From assembly GCA_036253495.1 (NCBI GenBank), contig GCA_036253495.1_4125.1: a stretch of DNA of 64,000 bases, one strand, 5' to 3'. Made by a program: the position numbers and the translations under genes. Shown one piece after another: positions 55,613 to 64,000 of this stretch; positions within the stretch are counted from its first letter, which is position 1; each line of letters begins with the position of its first letter. Source of the DNA: a phage. Below the pieces are notes generated by a model, which saw only the letters and a program-made list of their open reading frames with translations, searched no databases and was not told the origin of the DNA.

Positions 55613-58276
55613 ATGGCAGGAGAACTCCTATCGCCTGGCGTTTCCATTTCAGTTACTGATGAAAGTATGAGCACTGCTTCCGCACCTGGAACAGTACCAC
55701 TATTCATCATTGCTACCGCAGAAGATAAATTAGTACCAGGTAGCAACACAATCGCTGCTGGAACCACAAAAGCAAATGCTGGTAAGTTGCAACTTCTAAC
55801 TTCTCAGAAAAGTTCACTAGACACTTACGGCACACCGATTTTTCAATCAAGTAATGGTTCAGTTGTTCAAGGTGACGAACTAAACGAATACGGCCTACAT
55901 GCTGCTTATTCTTACCTTGGTATTACTAACCGTGCTTATGTTGTACGTGCAGATATCGACTTAGCACAACTATCACCTTCTGCTACTGCTCCAACTGGTC
56001 CAGTACCAAACGGTACATTGTGGCTAGATGTTGCTCAATCACAAGTTGAAGCATATGTTTCTAAAGTGGATTCACCAACCAGTTTCTATGACTGGCAACT
56101 AAAACCAGTAACTATTGTTAGTGCTGAAGAAGTTAGTGATGTTAGCCTAGTTGGTATTAACGTTGACGATCTAGTACTACGTTATAAGCCAAGCAATGGT
56201 CAAATGCTAATGTACAAACGTGCAGCATCTGGTCTAGTTCAAGTTGAAACTTACCTTTCACCAATCAACAAAGTACCAGTAGGTAATACAGTTGAGAAAG
56301 GTAATATCTGGATTCGTGATGGTTACACTCAAAATGGTGCTAATTACTTCGGTACTCGTTTTGTTATTAAACGTTATGCATCCCTAACTCAAGTTTGGAA
56401 TCAAGTACAAGCATTCACTGGTAACAGTTTCCAAGAAATTGAATCCAAAAGTGGTGTTCTAAATAACAGCTTCATCGCTACTCGTTTTGACTGGGATAGT
56501 AAGAGTTTCTCTTTCTATATTCAAAGTGCAAAACTACCAGCACTAAGTGCTCCAGCGATTCCAGTTGGTGAAACTGTAGTTGTTCAAGCAGACCAAGATT
56601 CTTACTTGACTTTCTCTTATTTGACCAAAACTGTTAAAGTACTAGCAGTTGCACTAGGTGGTGTTATTAACACTCAAACTATTCTTGACAATCTAAATGC
56701 TTCATCTGAACTAATCAATGATGGCTTTAAATTTAAAAGAGAAAGTAATGGTGGCCTAGTAATTAATAGTTCTAAAGGTTATAGTTTCAAAACTGCACAA
56801 AGTGGTAGTGTACTATTTGATGAAGATGAATTTGCAAAACTAACTGTTGATAGTAATAACTATGCTTTGATTAACGTTAACAATTTCCGTGTTGATAGTA
56901 ACGTTCCACGTAGTATCGCTAAAGAAGGTACTCTATGGTATGATTTCAGTAATTCTGATAATCTAAATGTTACCATGTATCTAGCTGATGTTGCTAATGA
57001 CAAATGGGTTGAAGTTGACGAAGCTAACAAATATGTGCAAGTTGACGAACCTGCTGCTGACCGTACAATCTGGGTTTCTCCTAAATCACAAGGTATTGAT
57101 GGCTACGATTTCTATCGTAATGTTAATGGTGAGTGGGTTAAACTTGACAGTACTGATCAAAGTACACTAAACGGTATGATCTTCAAGGACTTTAACTTCC
57201 CTGAACAAGTTCCAGCGGCTGCTCTATACCAAAACGGTATGCTCGCAATCGACCTTGGAAATACTGAAGGTGTGGTTAAGAAAATGATCGATGGATTTTG
57301 GCATGTTGTCAGTGGTGTTGGTCTTGATGGGAATGGCTTGTTTGGTCGTGCTGCTCAACGCCAATTGGTTGTAGAAGCACTAAATGCAGTTATCGTTGGA
57401 AACGATGATATCCGTTCTGAATTCATTGACTTTAACCTAATTTCTGTTCCTGGTTATGTTGAATGTTTAGATGAGTGTGTGACCCTAAACACCGACCGTA
57501 AAGAAACTGCTTTCATCGTAACTGATGTTCCAGCACGTTTGAACCCAACTGGTAACGGTAATGCTGTTCAACAATGGGCAACTAACGCAAATAACGCACC
57601 AAGTAATGGTGATGTTGGTCGTACTACTGCATATGATTATGCTGCTCAATATATGGGCTGGTGCTTAAGTACTAACGTTGATGGTGAAGAAGTTGCAGTT
57701 CCTGGCAGTACTATTGCAATGCGTACCTATGCATACAGCGACAGCGTAAGTTATGTATGGTATCCACCTGCTGGTACTACTCGTGGTGTTGTAACAAACG
57801 CTGCATCTGTAGGCTTCATCAATGATGAAGGTGAATATCAGCCAGTAGTTTATAACCAAGGTCAACGTGATGTAATGTACACCAACAACATTAACCCAAT
57901 TGCAATGCGTCCAAATCGTGGTTTGCTAGTATATGGTGATAAAACACTATCTCCTAACCAAACTTCCGCATTAAGCCGTGTTAACGTTGCACGTTTAGTA
58001 GTGTATATTCGTCGTCAACTAGAAATTATTTCTGAACCATTCCTATTCCGTTTGAATACTCCAAGTACTCGTCAGGAATTCAGTGGTGTAGTTAATAGCT
58101 TCCTAGCTGAAATCGTTCAACAACAAGGTCTATATAACTTCGCAGTTGTTTGTGATGAAAGTAACAACACCTCCGAGCGTATTGACCGTAACGAACTTTG
58201 GATGGATATCGCAATCCAACCTACTAAGTCTATCAACTTCATTTACGTACCGATTCGTATTGAAAAGACTCAATAA
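55613..58276 (+). CDS. contractile tail sheath protein
   Basis: N-terminus MAGELLSPGVSISVT and C-terminal region (VNVARLVVYIRRQLE ... YNFAVVCDESNNTSERIDRNELWMDIAIQPTKSINFIYV) parallel T4 gp18 termini as recalled. Confidence 0.7.
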   Translation: MAGELLSPGVSISVTDESMSTASAPGTVPLFIIATAEDKLVPGSNTIAAGTTKANAGKLQLLTSQKSSLDTYGTPIFQSSNGSVVQGDELNEYGLHAAYSYLGITNRAYVVRADIDLAQLSPSATAPTGPVPNGTLWLDVAQSQVEAYVSKVDSPTSFYDWQLKPVTIVSAEEVSDVSLVGINVDDLVLRYKPSNGQMLMYKRAASGLVQVETYLSPINKVPVGNTVEKGNIWIRDGYTQNGANYFGTRFVIKRYASLTQVWNQVQAFTGNSFQEIESKSGVLNNSFIATRFDWDSKSFSFYIQSAKLPALSAPAIPVGETVVVQADQDSYLTFSYLTKTVKVLAVALGGVINTQTILDNLNASSELINDGFKFKRESNGGLVINSSKGYSFKTAQSGSVLFDEDEFAKLTVDSNNYALINVNNFRVDSNVPRSIAKEGTLWYDFSNSDNLNVTMYLADVANDKWVEVDEANKYVQVDEPAADRTIWVSPKSQGIDGYDFYRNVNGEWVKLDSTDQSTLNGMIFKDFNFPEQVPAAALYQNGMLAIDLGNTEGVVKKMIDGFWHVVSGVGLDGNGLFGRAAQRQLVVEALNAVIVGNDDIRSEFIDFNLISVPGYVECLDECVTLNTDRKETAFIVTDVPARLNPTGNGNAVQQWATNANNAPSNGDVGRTTAYDYAAQYMGWCLSTNVDGEEVAVPGSTIAMRTYAYSDSVSYVWYPPAGTTRGVVTNAASVGFINDEGEYQPVVYNQGQRDVMYTNNINPIAMRPNRGLLVYGDKTLSPNQTSALSRVNVARLVVYIRRQLEIISEPFLFRLNTPSTRQEFSGVVNSFLAEIVQQQGLYNFAVVCDESNNTSERIDRNELWMDIAIQPTKSINFIYVPIRIEKTQ

Positions 58277-58282
58277 CACACT

Positions 58283-58310
58283 AAGGGAACCATATGGTTC
58301 CCTTTTTTAT
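58283..58310 (+). terminator. intrinsic terminator (GGGAACC-ATAT-GGTTCCC then T6)
   Basis: Perfect palindromic hairpin plus U-tract after sheath gene. Confidence 0.65.
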
Positions 58311-58354
58311 TGTTTAAATTAAATACCATATATTCAGTAAGGTGAGAGGGATAT

Positions 58355-58525
58355 ATGGACGAAATAATTAAAAGTATCCTGCAAGAATTGGCCTTTAATT
58401 CAGAATCACAAGAAGAAGCCCAAAATCTTATAGAAGCCTTAATGGAAGTATTAAAAGATGTGGGTATTGTGAGTGATTTTTCTGCTTATACAAATGGCAG
58501 ATGGTCAGTTCGGTGTAAGGTTTAA
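58355..58525 (+). CDS. small acidic hypothetical protein (56 aa)
   Basis: Short ORF not in track; SD GAGAGG upstream. Confidence 0.25.
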   Translation: MDEIIKSILQELAFNSESQEEAQNLIEALMEVLKDVGIVSDFSAYTNGRWSVRCKV

Positions 58526-58626
58526 GCTATATACTGGTGAATTCCAGTACACATATTGTATTAATATGGATTGGTTCCCTATAGATAAAACATATCATTA
58601 AGTACTACATAAAGTATGTTAATTTT

Positions 58627-58634
58627 TATAAATA
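58627..58634 (+). promoter_or_regulatory. late-promoter-like TATAAATA box
   Basis: Exact TATAAATA about 38 nt upstream of tube-like gene start 58672. Confidence 0.5.
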
Positions 58635-58671
58635 ATATAAAGATCTCATTTCCTAATAGGAGAATTAATTA

Positions 58672-59355
58672 ATGGCTACTATGCTAGATCGATATGGCGT
58701 TCCGCTTGCTGGTGGTGGTCGTATTTCAATGAAACAACCAAAAGCAAAATATAAATTCCGTGTAATTTTCTTTGGTTTTGGTGCCAATGATGATGGCAAC
58801 ATGATTACACTAGATACAAACACTGTTGGTGCAGTATCTGTATCGCATGAAAACGTAACTGTTCATAGTTATAACAGTTCCGCACACTATAAAGGCAAAT
58901 ATACTTGGGATGCGATTGAAGTTGCTTTCCGTGATTCAGTTGGTAATGCTTCAGCAAAAGCACTTTACAACCAAATGCGTAAAGAATTCAACTACTATAG
59001 TCAAGAATCTCGTATGACTGATTCCCAGTTTAAATTTGAAATGTGGATTCAAGAACTAGATGGTTCTAACAGCGAAAATGCAACAAACCTTTTTGAAGGT
59101 ACTCTAAGTACTTGGGTTTGTCAGGGTTGCTTTATTGAATCCAGCAACTTTGGTGATTGGGATTATTCTTCAAGCGAAGCACAAGTTATTACAATGAGTG
59201 TTCAACCAGATGGTTGTGCTAAGTTGGGTCCAAACGGTGAAGCATTCGGTGATGAAGTTACTGGTTTCGGTAATCCAAGTACTGCATCTTCTATTAGTGG
59301 TGCACAAACCAACATTAGTAGTACTACACTACCTGATACAAACTTCTTTGATTAA
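58672..59355 (+). CDS. tail tube-like protein (paralog 1)
   Basis: Follows sheath gene; N-terminus YGVPLAGGGRISMKQPKAKYKFRVIFFGFG paralogous to next gene; tube assignment by position. Confidence 0.45.
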   Translation: MATMLDRYGVPLAGGGRISMKQPKAKYKFRVIFFGFGANDDGNMITLDTNTVGAVSVSHENVTVHSYNSSAHYKGKYTWDAIEVAFRDSVGNASAKALYNQMRKEFNYYSQESRMTDSQFKFEMWIQELDGSNSENATNLFEGTLSTWVCQGCFIESSNFGDWDYSSSEAQVITMSVQPDGCAKLGPNGEAFGDEVTGFGNPSTASSISGAQTNISSTTLPDTNFFD

Positions 59356-59369
59356 TTAAAGATACTTCT

Positions 59370-59401
59370 AAAGCCTCGAAACTATTTCGGGGCTTTTTTT
59401 A
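59370..59401 (+). terminator. intrinsic terminator (AGCCTCGAAA-CTA-TTTCGGGGCT then T7)
   Basis: Hairpin with one bulge plus strong U-tract. Confidence 0.6.
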
Positions 59402-59442
59402 TGCTAAATAAAGTATAATACCTTAAATTAAAAGAGGTTGCT

Positions 59443-60219
59443 ATGGCAAAAAACATGATTAGTAAATATGGCGTTCCATTACCATCAGGAAGAAATAAAA
59501 CAATGCTACAACCTAAAGCGAAGTATAAATTTAGAGTTATTGTTTATAATTTCGGTACTGATATTGATGAGCGTGATCACATCGCATTAGATGTTGATAA
59601 AGTTGATAGACCAACAGTAACATTCAGTACTCATAAATTGAACCATTTTACTACCAATACTACATATATTGGTAATCATAACTGGGAACCCATCACACTA
59701 ACAATTCGTGATTCAATTGGCAATGAAAGTGCTAAAGCATTGTCTAGACAGTTACAAAAACAATTAGATTTTCAAAGACGTATTACCTCCAGAAGTGAAC
59801 AAGACTATGGTTCGTATAAATTTGGTATGGTTATTCAAATGCTAAATGGACGTAACACAGATGATAGTATTGAAGATTTGGCAAGAAATACTGCTGTTTC
59901 TGCTGCTACCGCTGTGACAAATAATGGTGGGTTAGTTAATGCAGTAGATCAGTTCATTGGTGGCTCAAACTATAACAGTGCTGGTGTAATGGAATACTTT
60001 GTTCTTACAGGGTGTATCATCACCAATATTAGTTACGATACATTGGAATATAGCTCTAGTGCACCAGTAACTATGGATATTACAATTAAGCCTGATAATT
60101 GTATTCAATTTGATAATATTGAAGAAATGTATAGTACACGCATTAATTCATTACTACCAGAAAAAGTTAATCAAGGACTAGATATCATTGACCGTGTATT
60201 CGGTAATATAGGATTTTAA
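59443..60219 (+). CDS. tail tube-like protein (paralog 2)
   Basis: N-terminus YGVPLPSGRNKTMLQPKAKYKFRVIVYNFG paralogous to 58672-59355. Confidence 0.45.
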   Translation: MAKNMISKYGVPLPSGRNKTMLQPKAKYKFRVIVYNFGTDIDERDHIALDVDKVDRPTVTFSTHKLNHFTTNTTYIGNHNWEPITLTIRDSIGNESAKALSRQLQKQLDFQRRITSRSEQDYGSYKFGMVIQMLNGRNTDDSIEDLARNTAVSAATAVTNNGGLVNAVDQFIGGSNYNSAGVMEYFVLTGCIITNISYDTLEYSSSAPVTMDITIKPDNCIQFDNIEEMYSTRINSLLPEKVNQGLDIIDRVFGNIGF

Positions 60220-60229
60220 GGAGAGTACT

Positions 60230-62343
<2,114 letters not shown>

Positions 62344-62371
62344 CTTAAACGACCATTAATGGAGTTATTAA

Positions 62372-62902
62372 ATGAACAAACTACAACAAATTCTAACAGA
62401 AAATAAACCTGTATATGAATATCGTGTCAAATTTGCATTTGAACCTAGTACTGAACAATTGAGTAAAGTTACCCAACGTCTAGTAGATCGCTATGATGCT
62501 TTCGAAGTTGGTGCTCTGAAGAAAACTATTTTCATGGAAAAACCACTAGACTTTTATGAACTAGATTGTGGTGAAATCTGGATGTTTGATTTCAAATGCA
62601 ATCGTGGCGTACAGTCTAATGTACTAATGTATGAAATTGGAAACCTTCTATCTGTTACTGAAGCACTTATTCGTGTTCGCAGTAAAGATGAACCACGTCA
62701 GATTGAAATGTCCATCAGTGAAGATGACGTTGATTTTGACGAAATTCGTGTTATCGGGAAAGATTTCGGTGATGCAGTAGATAGTACTGGTATTTCTGGT
62801 CAAGAACGTGCTGATAAAGCAGTTGAAGACGCAAAAGAAGAGATTAAACGTGATAATAAATACTCTCAATATATGAGTGCTGGTTTTGGTAAAAAGGAAT
62901 AA
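62372..62902 (+). CDS. hypothetical protein
   Basis: 176 aa ORF with SD AATGGAG. Confidence 0.45.
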   Translation: MNKLQQILTENKPVYEYRVKFAFEPSTEQLSKVTQRLVDRYDAFEVGALKKTIFMEKPLDFYELDCGEIWMFDFKCNRGVQSNVLMYEIGNLLSVTEALIRVRSKDEPRQIEMSISEDDVDFDEIRVIGKDFGDAVDSTGISGQERADKAVEDAKEEIKRDNKYSQYMSAGFGKKE

Positions 62903-62905
62903 ACG

Positions 62906-63457
62906 ATGAGTATACTTAATGAAATGTTTGAGTATGAGGACAATGAACTGAATGAAGCTCGTCCTTATAGTCGTTCTCAAAGTGCTATTGATAGTGCTAA
63001 AGGGAAAGTAAAAGGTATGTTCGGTAGTGGGCAGATTGAGCAAGGTGCACAGGAAGTTGGTGCAGAAGCTAACCGCCTATGGGCTGAATTTAAACGATAT
63101 ATTGGTAAAAAATATGGTAAAGCACAAAGCTCTGTTCCATATGCTGATGTTGCACAATTCTTCAAAGGTAATCAATTGGATGTGAAATTCCTCGGTAATA
63201 ATCAACGCCGTTCTTTTACACCAAAAGATGTTGGTAACGCTCTATTACAGGCTGCTCGTGAATACATGAACACATATCGTGATCAAGAAGAGCCAGCACC
63301 AGCTAAACCACAAAGTGAACCAGCAGCAGCACCACAAGCTTCAAATGAACCACCACAACCAGCGGCGAATCCATCTACCCAATCACAAGGTATTGCTGGT
63401 ATTCTACAAGGTCTAAGTCCTGCTGAACGTGAGCAACTACTTCGAATGATTTCGTAA
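62906..63457 (+). CDS. hypothetical protein with Pro/Ala/Gln-rich C-terminal linker
   Basis: 183 aa ORF; low-complexity segment EPAPAKPQSEPAAAPQASNEPPQPAANP. Confidence 0.45.
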   Translation: MSILNEMFEYEDNELNEARPYSRSQSAIDSAKGKVKGMFGSGQIEQGAQEVGAEANRLWAEFKRYIGKKYGKAQSSVPYADVAQFFKGNQLDVKFLGNNQRRSFTPKDVGNALLQAAREYMNTYRDQEEPAPAKPQSEPAAAPQASNEPPQPAANPSTQSQGIAGILQGLSPAEREQLLRMIS

Positions 63458-63469
63458 GGGGATAATACA

Positions 63470-64000
63470 ATGCTTAAATTATTCAGTACTGAAAGTACGG
63501 TAGTTCCTAATGGGTATATCTATACTTCCCATACTGGAGCAAAATATGTCTTCTTAGAAGGTATGTGGTTCAATGATAGTAATATGATGATGGTTGATCC
63601 ACAAAAATATCCAAATATGTATGCTTGTGCTCGACAACAAATTGTTGAGCACAACAATAAATCAAACACTGCATTTAAAATTGGCGAAAACTATCTTCAC
63701 AATGGAAAAGAGTGTACGTTCATCGGTGAAAGCCGCTTCCATAGTGATGACGGTACTATTCTTTCTGAAAGTGAAGTTATTACAGAACTAATGGGTGATG
63801 AACAACGTGTATATCAAGTTTCCAAAGAAACTCTACAAAAAGAGTGGAGTACTTTGAAATTTTATATTCTACCCCCACATGCACAAGATATTTCTATCCC
63901 AGCAGGTATGGTAGTTCAAGGATATAAGTTTATTCCTAACAGTCATCGCTTTGTTGAACTAAAAAGCGGTCGCCCTGTAAGCCCAGAAATGACACGTAAG
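63470..64000 (+). CDS. hypothetical protein, 3' end beyond window
   Basis: ATG at 63470 after SD AAGGGG; open frame without stop to the window end. Confidence 0.45.
   Translation, partial: MLKLFSTESTVVPNGYIYTSHTGAKYVFLEGMWFNDSNMMMVDPQKYPNMYACARQQIVEHNNKSNTAFKIGENYLHNGKECTFIGESRFHSDDGTILSESEVITELMGDEQRVYQVSKETLQKEWSTLKFYILPPHAQDISIPAGMVVQGYKFIPNSHRFVELKSGRPVSPEMTRK

Overview
This window reads as a densely packed segment of a tailed-phage genome (contractile-tail myovirus type), AT-rich, with about 100 genes almost all on the + strand and one inverted 3.5 kb cassette at 8.9-12.4 kb. Recognisable early/metabolic genes include ATP-dependent DNA ligase, dCMP deaminase, thymidine kinase, anaerobic ribonucleotide reductase NrdD/NrdG, a glutaredoxin, dNMP kinase, PIN-PhoH, ClpP, a Sir2-family protein, Nudix and macro-like proteins, a CCA-adding tRNA nucleotidyltransferase and a ribosome hibernation factor homolog. 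Late/structural genes include three tail-fibre-like proteins, a tail sheath and tube-like paralogs, each block preceded by a TATAAATA late-promoter-like motif; the gene order is not that of T4 itself. The nrdD gene is split by a group I intron of about 1170 nt carrying a GIY-YIG homing endonuclease. The most unusual signals are (1) a roughly 6-10-fold over-representation of the palindrome AGTACT, usually as CAGTACTG or TCAGTACTGA, across coding regions in all frames; (2) a ~700 bp ORF-poor region of visibly different composition with internal repeats at 39.48-40.19 kb, a candidate ncRNA; (3) the inverted cassette of three paralogs, one carrying a long array of Ig-like repeats; and (4) two apparent frameshifts, one in a Nudix gene and one at an A8 run. 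All calls rest on motif recognition by eye; no database search or computation was run, and counts are approximate.
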